This document shows, piece after piece, positions 44,601 through 57,900 of a stretch of 64,000 bases of DNA. The notes under the pieces were generated by a model. The model worked only from the letters and a program-made list of their open reading frames with translations. It ran no database searches and had not been told where the DNA came from. Both the position numbers and the translations under genes were made by a program. Where the stretch lies: contig OZ024747.1 of NCBI GenBank assembly GCA_964016885.1, forward strand, positions 83,452,001 to 83,516,000, read 5' to 3'. The stretch's first letter is position 1. Every line of letters begins with the position of its first letter. The DNA is from Eledone cirrhosa (Eukaryota).

Positions 44601-45629
44601 ACAATCCTTAGTCAGCGTTCATGACTTCTGCCCAGGTCTTCCTTTCACTGTGATTTTTTGGCAATTTTTCACCAAACCACCCTGATCCACATGCATCAAA
44701 TGTCCATACCAGGGCACACAACAAATGATTCCTCTTATACTCAGTTTCTCTCTCAGTTCATCTATGCTTTGTCATTCACATACATCAACCTTCCAATCTG
44801 TCCTTATTCTAACTACTATGCTCCTAGAGCACCCACCTCCACTATTAATGTGATCACCTAGGTAGCAGAAGCTATCAACCACTTCTATGGATCCTATGGA
44901 TTGGAAAAGGTTTATATCACTAATTCTCTTACTGTCAATTTTCCTTGAACATCTATTATACAGTCTTCCTTTCCTGTTAGTCTGCCAGTCGTATATGAAG
45001 GCATATACAATATGTTTATGTGCTATAAATACACAAGTGTTACTATGAATGTTTTAAGATGTGATCATTTACTTTATTCTAGTCTCAGTACTGTGTGAGT
45101 AAATATCACTGATGATAGATAAAAATCCCAAAACACATGCCTAGCATTCCTGCTAGCTACTGAGACAGGTGTGACATGATAAATGGTGGTGGGGGTCCAA
45201 GATGTACACTCTGTAAGCTGTTTGGTGATAGGAAAGGCACCCAGCTATAGAAACCATGTCAAAAAGTGTCAAGAAGACTTTTCATTTGTGTCAAGAGCAT
45301 GACATCTTTTCTAGTGTTACTAGTGTTATCTACATTATAAATGCACTCAGTACATTTTGCTCTGTAAAGTGGTTGGCTATACAGCATTCAAACGGTCTGG
45401 AGGACTTATCAGCTGTGTCAGACATGACCATATCCTTATTGTCCCATAGTAAAATGCACACAGTGCACTCTGCAGAATGCAAGGACATATGTAAGTGAAA
45501 AGCACACTCCTAGTCTGTCTGAGACATCATTAGCTCTGAGTAAGTACTAATTTGATCTGTGGCAACCCATCAAACTCTTGCTAGAAGGAAAAACAGACAT
45601 TAAAATATGATGATGATGATGATGGTGAT

Positions 45630-45682
<53 letters not shown>

Positions 45683-48600
45683 ATGATGTAGGTTATAAAC
45701 TGTATGTCTTGCATTCTACTGCCATCAAGTAACTTTATCTAAATATTCTTAATATTGAATTTCTTTGTCTTTTGAATTGATCACTATTACTTATCTTCCT
45801 ATGTGTCTTTCTATCCATCCGTTCAGTCCCCATCACTTTTCTACTTAGAAAATAAATTTCTACACTCTACCCACCAGTTTTGAGTGCTCAGTTAATGTTT
45901 GAATGTTTTAAATACTATGGCATTTTAAACACACATTTTAGTATCTATCTGTCTATCTATCTCTCTATCTATTACCTTGTTTGAGTGTGATAACTTTCCA
46001 GATACTGCTGCTCCTCAAATGACATCCAACATTTTTCAAAAGGATATCCTGTTGTAAAGTAGCTACCATCTGCAAATATAAACTGGGCCATTAGGTTGTC
46101 TGTTTATCTGAAACTAATAAAATGCAGCTATTTTAAATTTCTTGTATTGGAAAACTGATAACATGTCTACTTCATTCCACACACTAATGCAATGTTTTTT
46201 TTTATAAAGTAGGATTCATTTAAAGTTCTCATATAGTGTGTTAAATATGTATTCAGTACATATACTAAAAACTTTATCTTCTGAGATTGAATCTTTTTTC
46301 TATAAACTCTTTTAGTCTTTTTGTATCGTACATATTTATATAGTTGTTGGGAATTTAAACTTGGTGGAGTCTGTGCCTCTTTAGTTTTTTTCCAGAGAGA
46401 AGGAGAGAACAATACTAGACTTATATTTTATCAATCCTGAAAGGATGAAAGGCAAAGTTGACTTTGGAAAGTTTTGAATCCAGAATGAACACAGCAAACT
46501 AATCTATCTAACATTTTAACAACTCTGCCAGTTCATCGTCTAACCTTTTCACTAAAATATTGGAAGTCACTGCTTGCAATTTTCGAATAATTAAAAAAAT
46601 TATTCAAGTGTCCTCTTATTTAGCAATAACTTTTCGATGTAGCAAATACATTATAATTCAAATAGTGGCAGATGTGCCACTTTATGAGTAAAGAAAGTGA
46701 GCACCTAGCAATGCCAATATTTTTAAGTACAAAGAAAACTGTCATGCTCTGACCAGGTCTATTTTGACTACCTCTACTCAGGCCATTACCAATACCTACA
46801 AGTATTAAAAAACCCAACAGATTTGGTTGTGAAAACAAAGCAGTATACCTTGACCACAACATTACACTTTATATAATAGATCACTTGTGACGGCATGTGA
46901 TCTAGTTGTTAGGGTGTTGTGCTTACTGTTGAAGATTTGTAGGATGGATTTCCGAACTGGGTGGTGCTATGACACATTGCTCTAGTCCATTCAGCTGAAA
47001 AAATTGAACTGCAGCAGCAGCAGCAGCAGCTGGTGGTTAACCCTCTACTGGATCTAGGATAAGATCTGGCTTGATGAGCCTCTGGGCTTGGTACAGATGT
47101 AGGGAGATATATCGCTACATGTTAGTGCTCAATATGATCTGCAATTGAACAAGTTTCATATATCTGGAGCATGAAACCTAGAGATCACATGTAATTGATG
47201 AACTATGTATGTGTCACGTGTCTGTTTGATCAGTGATGATTTGGGGCTAAATAATAGCTGTTTTGATTGAAAAACAACTTTTTTCAATGCAGTAGACTAA
47301 AAATAATCCTCCCACAAAAGTGCTGTCTGGGATAGACTCTCCTTCGTATATCTCCTCATATGCTGCTGGTAAAGGTTTAATTATTGTCTAAACTTGGACT
47401 TGGTCTACTGTAGTTATAATTTTCTTCCACTTTCTTCTCCTGGCAGTGAATTAGCAGAATTGTTATAGCTTTGGATTAAATATTTCAGTATTCATTCTGG
47501 TTTGCTGCACTCTGTGTTCAAATCCTGCTGAGGTTCATTACATTTCATCCCTTTCAAGGGTTGATTAATTACCACTCCAGAATTCATGGAGTCAGAGATG
47601 GGGATTTGCAATATCTGGTCTGGTCTTGTCTATCCTGAGTTCAAATCCCATCCTCTGTTAGACGTTATGAGCAGTAGATATTATCAGTGATGGTAAGTCC
47701 AACAGAAACATAGCTTTTTTGGTCCAATCTGATGATTGGTTCCTTTCTTTTTAATTTTGTCATGTCTTAAAAGAATCTAAATGAATTTGTCATCCTTAGT
47801 ACTGTATATTAAAATCAAATCTGTTCCTTTGAAAACTAATGCCAACAACACTCTTAAGCTTAGTATTTAATCTGATAATCTATATTGTTGCTCTGACGAT
47901 AGTAACAGCTTCTATATGTGTGTGCCGTGTTCTTAGAATAAAAAACGTTTTTCTATTTATAAAAAATTATTTTCTTTTCCATTTTCTTTCTCATGAATTG
48001 TCATATGCCATTACTGTTAATGGGACATAAAAATTGAGCTAGTGGTTTCAGCTAAAGAGTAAGGTAGGAATATATATTTACCAATTTTACTGATTCTATT
48101 TTAATATCCTCATCTCTCTTTTTCCATTAAAGTAATCAGCTAGGAGGATAGTTTTTAATTTCTTTAAAGGTATGCTATAAATATTTATATCAGTTGGCAG
48201 TATGTTTGTTGCAAAGACATTTTTTTCCCAGTTATTCTAAACAGACCTAATCCTGGTTATGTCTAATATGTTTTTTTTTATTTTTTAAGACTCAAAATAT
48301 TTCTATCAGTTGGCATATACGTTTTTCATTATATTCTAAATAGACTTACCACGGTATATACAGCTATACTTATACATGACGTATTATTTTTATTATATTC
48401 ATAGAGGCTGGTGGATTGGCAGAATTATTAAAACATTTGACAAAATGCTTTGTGGCATTTAGTTATGCCAAAGTCAATTTTACTTTTCACCCTTTTAGGG
48501 TTGATAAAATAAAGTACCAGTCAAGTACTGGAGTCAATATAATCAACTGTACCCTTCCCCAAATTAACTGGCCTCATGCCTAAAGTAGAAATCATTATAT

Positions 48601-50992
48601 TAATACCCAAGGCTGGTGGATTAGCAGAATTGTTAGTGTTGAGTAAAATGCTTTGCAGTATTTGTTTTGGCTCTCTTAACAAATCCTGCCAAGGTCAATT
48701 TTGCGTTTCATCCTTTCAGGCTCGATAAAATATTGTACCAGTAAAGTACTGGGATTGATATAATTTACTTTTACTTTCCTATAAAATTGCTGGCCTTATG
48801 CCTAAATACAAAACCATTCTATTCATACCATTAGTGTGAATCTGGCAAGCAGATTTTGACATCAAATTTTCGGATAGAAAAAAGATGTCTTTTACACATG
48901 AAAAGATGGTAATTTTTCTATTTCAGTTTTTCATCAAAGCTGTGTCTGTTTTTTTGAAGTCAGAAAAAGCTCTCTCTTCATTAAAAAAAAATAATAAGAA
49001 GAACATAGTTGGGTGATTTCAGCCTAATTTGTATTTATATTTTGATAGTTGACTTTATCACATTAGGGGATATAAAACACCCCACTGTATTTCTTTCTTG
49101 TGTGCATGTGCACATGCATGTGTGTACATGATAGTTGAACTAGAAGTAGGCTAGAGAAGATCTGGGAGAAAGAGTTTAATGGATCTGACCTTAGCAAGTT
49201 GGTTCTTAGATATAGTACAATTCAGGATTAAAAGATACATGTGCTGGATCACTGGATTAAATGATCGATACATTGGGAACTTGGGCTACCAATGCTAGGA
49301 TGAAAAGCCAACATAATGATTGGTTGATTGCTAAAAATTAATTTTTTGACATTTTATATATGAAAAGATGCTTCATTGCAGCTGTAAATGTATGTAATTT
49401 AGATGGGCAAGTGATTATTTATAAATATATCATCATGACTATCATTTAATGTCTGTTTTTTTCCATACTGGCATGGGTTAGTTGGATGTGACATCACCGA
49501 CCAAGTCAGGATTACAGTTCTCCTAGATAGGCAGAATATTGGAGCACACCCCAATTGTATACTTTCTAATTTTGGTGTAGCTTACACAACTAGATACCTT
49601 TCTTATCACCAACCACTTTATTGAGTGTACTTATGCATTTTATTGTGGCATCAGCACTAAGGAGGTTGTCATATCCTTGACATAAATGTAGAGTTCTCTC
49701 AACCCCTTGTTTGTCAAGTCTTCTATGGCTGGATGCTCTTCCTAATGCCAACCACTTTACTATATTAATATACATATCAATGTCATCTTAGTAGTTTGTG
49801 AGATGCAAATGGAAATTGACTGCTGTGCTCATGAGGAAGAGAATGCCATTGGAACTGAAGGGAATGGTGTATACTGCATATATGAGAATTGCCATGATTT
49901 ATGAGAGCAAGACATGGATGATTGTGGAGCAGCAGAAACAGTTGGAAAGAAGAGAAATGTGAATTGTTTGGTGGTTGAGTGAAGTATTTGCCTAGAGAGG
50001 AAGATAATTAGAGGATGATATATTGCCAGTGATGAATGTTGTGAAGAGTAATGGAATATGATGGTTGGGTCATGTGAGGAAGGATGACAGTATCCGGGTG
50101 AGAGCAGTGATGGGAATGTATATAAGGGGTGGAAGATGAAAGGAAAGATCAAGAAAGATGATGGAAGAGCAAATGAAAGCCGGGATTTTCATGGGGAGAA
50201 GCAGAGGATAGGGCAACAGGGAGGATCCTGTCATGGGGTCCTGTAATGCTAACACCTGCTTTAGCAAGGAAAATAGGTTTAACTCTTTTGATATAAAACT
50301 GTCTGAAACTACCCTAGTTTTATGATAAATTACTCATTTTCAAATGCTTATACTTACCTTCCATCATAATTTAACTGAATTTAAGAAATTTTTCTTAAGT
50401 ACTGTTTCAAACATCAGCTTACTTATGAAAAGGTTGGTAGCTATCTCATTAAATTCTTCAAATTTTCCAAACTAATCTATGCACATAAGTAGTGCATTTC
50501 ATTAAAAATTAGGTAACAAAAGGGTTGTCACTTGCATTGTTTCCTTGGTACTGATTTACCTACATTGTAGTTGAATTCCTTAAAAATACATTATGAAGGG
50601 ATTTTCATATATTTAGTGCATTAAACCACTTATTATTATTGGTATTGTTGTTATTATTATTGTTATTATTATATCCAATTAACATTTCAGAAAGTGATGA
50701 ATTTTTTGTGATTGATTTTAAATGTAACTCTTGAAAAAGAATGAGTCTAATCTTTATCAAATCTCAAGACTATTGAATTTTGTTCATGTGTTACATTTGA
50801 AATAACAATCACTAATTAGTGATTGTATTTTTATTTTCTAAGTTTTAACTTTGAAGAGTTTTGAGTTTATAATTTGTGTTTCATAGAGAAGTGAAGTCAT
50901 CATCATCATAATTATTTTATGCCTGTTTTTTTCCATGTTGTTATGGGTTGAACAGGTTCTGACAGAACATTTCTGTATTTAATTGGACCTAC

Positions 50993-51966
50993 TGTCCTTC
51001 TAGACATGTTAGGACCATATCTTGCTTACATATGTTCTGGTTTTGATATACTATCTATAGCTAGATGTCCTTCTAGATTTGTTAGGGTCATATCTTGCTT
51101 ACATATGTTCTGGTTTTGACATGCTATCTTTAGCTAGATGTCCTTCTAGACATGTTAGGACCATATCTTGCTTACAAATGTTCTGGTTTTGACATGCTAT
51201 CTTTAGCTAGATGTCCTTCTAGACATGTTAGGACCATATCTTGCTTACATATGTTCTGGTTTTGACATACTATCTATAACTAGATGTCCTTCTAGATTTG
51301 TTAGGGTCATATCTTGCTTACATATGTTCTGGTTTTGATATACTATCTATAACTAGATGTCCTTCTAAATTTGTTAGGGTCATATCTTGCTTACAAATGT
51401 TCTGGTTTTGACATGCTATCTTTAGCTAGATGTCCTTCTAGATTTGTTAGGGTCATATCTTGCTTACAAATGTTCTGGTTTTGACATGCTATCTTTAGCT
51501 AGATGTCCTTCTAGATTTGTTAGGGTCATATCTTGCTTACAAATGTTCTGGTTTTGACATGCTATCTTTAGCTAGATGTCCTTCTAGACATGTTAGGACC
51601 ATATCTTGCTTACATATGTTCTGGTTTTGACATACTATCTATAACTAGATGTCCTTCTAGATTTGTTAGGGTCATATCTTGCTTACAAATGTTCTGGTTT
51701 TGACATGCTATCTTTAGCTAGATGTCCTTCTAGACATGTTAGGGTCATATCTTGCTTACATATGTTCTGGTTTTGACATGCTATCTATAGCTAGATGTCC
51801 TTCCTCGACATGTTAGGGTCATATCTTGCTTGCATATGTTCTGGTTTTGACATGCTATCTATAGCTGGATGTATTTAACTGGAGCTACTGTCCTAGACAT
51901 GTTAGGACCATATCTTGCTCACATATGTTTTGTTTTTGACATGCTATCTATAGCTAGATGTCCTTC
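50993..51966. repeat. 73-bp minisatellite, about 13 copies, arisen inside a minus-strand RTE-tail element (about 50897-52000)
   Basis: Unit TAGACATGTTAGGACCATATCTTGCTTACATATGTTCTGGTTTTGACATGCTATCTATAGCTAGATGTCCTTC at 73-bp spacing from 51001. Confidence 0.96.
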
Positions 51967-54900
51967 CTCATGTCCACGACTTTACAGAGTGTACTGAAGT
52001 GTCATTTTAGAAACCTCAATTTATACTAGAGCATAGCAAAATATTTAATCTCACCCAGTGCCCTCTGTTAAGTGGTTAGTGCTAAGAGTATCCAGCCATA
52101 GAAACTATGTGAAAAATTGGAATGTATGGGTGAAATGTGGTCCTACAACCTATCTAGGAGGGCACTAACTCTGAATGAGAACTGACTTAAACTATAACAA
52201 CCTAGTTATTTCCCCTTTGAAAATACATTCACGAATGTTCTACTTATATTTGAAGGGCTCTTATTTTATAATTATATACATGTGCCAATATTGAGATCAA
52301 AATAAGTTTTGTTAAATTGTTTATATATGATAGGAATGGGTACTCTATCATTAAAATGCCCAAGAAACCTGTTAAATGTAATCTCATTTGAGGTAAAATA
52401 AACCTATATAGGTGTGAACTGTAACTGTTATTGTTCTTGTTACAAATATTGGTAAATATACATAGATAATTACAGATTGGCAGTTAGACAGACAGACGGA
52501 TAGAGATATAGTTATGTAGATATATAGAGAGGTAGATAGATAGATAAAGAAATATGTAGGTAGATAGATAGTTATATAGATATGTAGTGAGGTAATAGAT
52601 ATATAGATTGATATATAGGTAAATAGATAGATGGTTGGATGTTATTTTTATTGACTGAAGATAGATACATAGATAGATAATTATAGTTAGCTGCTGCTTG
52701 ACCACTGAACATCTTGTTAACAGAGAGAAACTATCAAATTACTATTCCTCAAACAAATGTAGCACCATCTTGTCATGTGACAATTGTGTTTTATTATAAA
52801 GATAACTTAGCATGGAAAGAAGACATAAAGCAATTATAATGGTATTTGCTACGAAATGTAGTAATGTAGACAAAAAAAATTAAATAAAGATTTCATTGTT
52901 TAAGTGAATCATAGTGGATTATTGCAGATTTCCTTAAAACTTTATTTAAAGCATAGGCTGGATCCATTTTGATTACAAAACATTCCTCTACTTTACAAAA
53001 AGAATTTAGGCCAATGCAGGAAATTGCTACTTAAACAAAATCACACACATTTTTTTTATCAACCATAAAATTGGATGATAAATTTATTATGTGTGTTTGT
53101 GTGTTAATGTGATATTTTGTGTTTGTTAAGCAGAGAATTGTTACAGTTGTTAGAGTTGCATTAAATGCTTTGGTATTTGTTCTGGTTGTCTGTGCTCTGT
53201 GTCAACTTAGTCTTTCGTTTTAGAGTCAATAAAGTACAAGTCTAGTTGTGGTTAGATTGGCAGAATTGTTAATGAGTCAGGCAGTATACTTTGTTGTGTC
53301 TGATCTTATCCTGTATGTTTCAAGTCCAAACCTCCATCTGCTGGGAGATGTGATATGCAGATGGTATTAGCAATGAAAAACACTCTCCTTGATCTGATCT
53401 GTATTAGTACTATTAAGAAATAAGAAGAGATTCTTCAGATTCTGGAAATATGAAATCATCAATTAGGTGAGGTTGTCTCTCCTAATGAATTGCTAAAATT
53501 GTTTAGGTTCACATAATAAGTGGGTAGAAATAGCTCTTGAAGGTGGATAGTTAGCCAGTCTATTGCTGTATGAGAGAAGTGCAGAATTAGCCATTTATTT
53601 AGTTGGGAGATTATATTTCCTGGGATGAACTTAAATTGCATATAAGTTGATAGTAGCTTAAATAGTATATTTATTTCCTTGAATTATATTTGAAGTTATA
53701 CAGTGAAATATACCTTACAGTTGGCTTTTGGCAACCATGTCAAAGAAATAAAGGTCATTTGTACCTTTGTTCTTTATTTTTTAACTTCATAAGTATCACG
53801 TATTAATATGTTTGGGTAATAGTTTATAGGTGATGGAGTATTTACTAAGTAACTGATGAGAAGTACTTTAGAATTAGCATGATTTCCAACTAGAAGCTTT
53901 ATATCTTATTTACTCTTGTCAGTTATTTAACCTTATTGATCCCACTATTTACATTTTTTTCAAGTCTGGTACTTATTTTATTGTTCTTTTTTGTCAAACC
54001 ACTATACAGAATATAAACATAGATATGGTCACACATACACACATTTCTGTCTGAAATTTAACTTACAATCCAAGGATAGTGTAGAATACACTTACTGAAC
54101 CTCACAGGAGATGCCAAAGGAACACTATGAGTAGAAGGAGGCTGTACTGGAAAGGACCCATACAACCCATGCAATCAAGGAAAAGTGGATGTAAAAAGAT
54201 AATTTATTTATTGATGCTTGGACATAGGTTTTGCTCTATAGCAACAGTTGTTAGTGATTTTCAGCATTTCTTTACTAGGTATATTAATTAATAATTAACA
54301 AAAAATTAGCACTTTCAAGATTTGAACTATTATTTTATTAAGTTTAAAGTAGGCAGAGTGATGTTATGATTTAGTAGATGATGCAGTGGGTTCCTGCATG
54401 AAATCACATCAGTGAGACAATCCTGAAATGCATGAAATGGTACTATAGTTTACATTAGTTTTAAAGGGGGTTAGAAACTCTTTAATGTAATGGACAAGTC
54501 TTTTACTCTTTCTTGTCATTCATTTACATTTTTGTATTGAAATTCGATTATGTGTTGCCGAATTTTATTGATATTTCTGAATTTTTTTTCCTGAGTAATT
54601 TTCCTGATTTTTTTCTTTAAAATATGGACATTGATCAATTTATCAATGATGATGAATATGGATGATCTGACGAATACATTAGTAGTTGATAAGAATAAGT
54701 TGCATTAGATTTTTTGTAATGTATGCATGATAATGTTTGTTACTAATTGCATTTATCATTAACATTTTTCTTTTAATCATCAGTTCACCTTCATTTGTTT
54801 TTAAAAATGAAATGAATTAATCACACATACACAACATTGTTTTACCTAAAATAGCTATATCACATTAAAGAAATAGTCTTTTTGGCAAATGCTACTCATT

Positions 54901-57900
54901 TTCTCAACAATCTGTTATAAAGATACTATAAACATTTGAAGAAACAAACCTGTTTTTCGGTATTTTCTTTTCAATCATTGCAAGGTGTTAAGAGTTAAAA
55001 TTTCTACTTGAATTATGATGATGATTATGTTAGATGTTATCTATTAATATGTAAATTGTATTAAATGTATGTTGGTGAGATAATAAGCATCTAAATATGA
55101 GATTTATTATGAACAGATCACTGAGATAAAAATGTATTCAGTCTGACTTTAAACATAGTGAAATGCAAAACCTGATTACTAAAATAGTTTCTTTTTTGTC
55201 GTTCACTTTTCTTTTTATTATTATCAAAGAATCTCATTTTGTTTATTTGGTTAGAGAAGTTAGATTTTCATGAATGTTCAGTTTCCTTCAGTGCATAATT
55301 TTACTTTTTACATATTTTAATTTTATTAATTTTTGTTTGGTGTGTGTTTTAGATTACATTAAAAACTAAATATTTGAGCCTATCTATTTGGCTGAATGTA
55401 TTTGTAGTATTACCTGTATATTATGAGTTGTGTAAGTGTTAGATTCTTATTTGAAGCAGTTGATATCAAGTACATCATTGATGGCCAATCAGAAGCAGTG
55501 AAGGCAGTACATAGGTGTAATCTCGTTTACAGTGGATTGGTGGATTTGGGTGTGGCTCAGAAGTTCAGTGTGTGAATTGCACATATGGAAGCAGTAGGTG
55601 GGGTCATGTGAATATCACCCTTAAAGGGTTCTGTTTGTGACATTTGGTGTCTGTTTTGGCTGATTTCTTGTTGCTGACTCTCATGTAGCTTACAACGGCT
55701 AGTTCTGAAATTAACACAAGCTCCCAGCTGTTGCTGGGGCACATGAATGCAGATTTGAAGTACCTAGGTTCCCCCCAGAGAAGAGCTGATATGTTATGTG
55801 GAACTCCTGCATTTGGATCACATGTTCAGTGCCATGAAACTTGGCTCTCAAAATCCTAACTTTGATGCTTGTTCATCTAGATCTGCACAGGACCTTGAAG
55901 TTGGTACCAATATAGACCACAATAACAGTATGTAGAATATGTTTTGAAGCTGACATTGGGCTTTCTGTACAGAATTCATGTGTTAGATCAATAGAAAAGA
56001 CTAAAAGGGTTACAACAGTTTTGTAGATTTTGAACAGTTTGATGTTGGGGTTTAGCCCTTTTGATACCAACCTACTCAAAAACTGCTGCCACTGTTTCTA
56101 TGAAACAAAACCATCCATTTTAAAGGGTTCCTAATTAAATTAAAACTTTACAATATAATTTTATACAAGAACATTTGTGTTACAAATGCCGTCTAAATGA
56201 AATTATGATTTTTGTAAATCCTTTCTAAATTATTCATTAATTAATTGAAATACAGTAATGAAAGGGTTAATAACACTTATGCACAGTCATCTAAGTGTTT
56301 CACTGACCTTGCTGATTCTGCTTGAATCTTTTTGCTTAGGGTTTTATTACATTACACTTCCCAACTATTTGGAGGAGTTGATTATTTTAATGGTGTATTG
56401 GGAATGTGTATGTGACTTATAGATGCTCAGAAAAATCATCAACATTACCAGCACCACCACCATCATCATCATCGTTTAATGCTTGGTTCCCCTGTTAGTA
56501 CAGGTTGGATGAGTTACTGACCAGTTAGTACTCAAGCAGAGCTACTGAACTCTCTGTTGGGCCGAGGTCCTACTTACATATGTTTCTGCACTCTATCAGT
56601 TGCTCTGATGAGGCAGGGGCACACATCTCATTTACATACTATTTTTTTCTTCTGTTTTTAAATTAGATTTGCAATCTTGTGTTAAAATAAGTCACACTCG
56701 GGCATTGAAATGATTTCAGAATAAAATTTAAAGCCAAAAATGACATTGAGTAAGAAGAAAGTTAGCTAAATTTGTTTTGTAGTATATATTTTTCTTTATA
56801 ATAAAATATACAGCCCTAATAGTTTCTATTATTTGTTTATTATTTGAGTTAAAAATGGCTCTTCAGATTGACAATGACCCCCCCCCCCCCCTCTCCCACA
56901 TCTTTGATTTAGTATATTAACTTGTATGTCTTCACAAATAAATTGTTTGACAAATGCAGCATTGTTTAAAAAGAAACATTATTTTAGCATTTTCTTTTCT
57001 TTTTAATATTCTATTTGTCTGTTTTCATACTATACATTTTTAGTCTTGTAACCACTTCTGTTAGGCATCAGATGGCTTAGTTTTTCTTATCACATGGCAT
57101 TCTTAACCATGCCTACTCTGTCATCTAACATCAACAACATTTTTAGTGTAATTAGCTCAACTCCTGTTTCACTAGAGTGTATGATTCTACCCTCATACTC
57201 TGCATACATTGTGTAGTGCTATGTTATCTATTACTGCTACACAACATGACCAAATGGTTAAGAAGCTTGCTTCACAATCATAACGTATGACATCTTGGGC
57301 AAATGTTATTTGCTATAGCCTCGGGCTGACCCCCCCCCCCCCCCCCAAAAAAAAAAGCATTGTGAGAGAAATTGGGTAGCCGGAAACTGTTTGAAAGCCT
57401 GTCGATAAACTGTACCTGTGAGGTAAACCTCCCCCTCTAAAAAAAAGAAAGCCTTGTCATTGTGTTGTACTGAATCTCCCTGAGAAATATGTTATGGTTA
57501 CATATATCTGTGGAATGGTCAGCCACTTGTACATGAAGTTCATGAGCAGGCTGTTCCATAGATCAAATAACTTGAACACTCATCATTGAAACCAATGGAG
57601 CCCCGCCACTCTCTCTCTCTCTCTTCTTAACCTTCGCACTGTCACAACCTTTTTTCTGTTAGTCCCATTAATATAATTCTACATTTTCATGCTTCTGATA
57701 TACTGTGATATGATCAGTGTCCCTATTTCTGAATATAATGATAAAATGTTTCTATTTATTTAAATCCTTGCCCTAACAGTTGGTTCCATTGATAAAATAG
57801 GGTTTGCTGTTTAACATTGCTTCAACATTTCCTTCCTTCCTTTCCTCTGATTATGATTATATTTTGATTACGTGCTTTTGGTGCATAGCTGTTTGGGGTA

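Noticed and set aside
50993-51966. CRISPR-like array (also 12976-13255 and 27278-27620)
   Set aside because: Contiguous tandem units without unique spacers; no cas genes; eukaryotic context.
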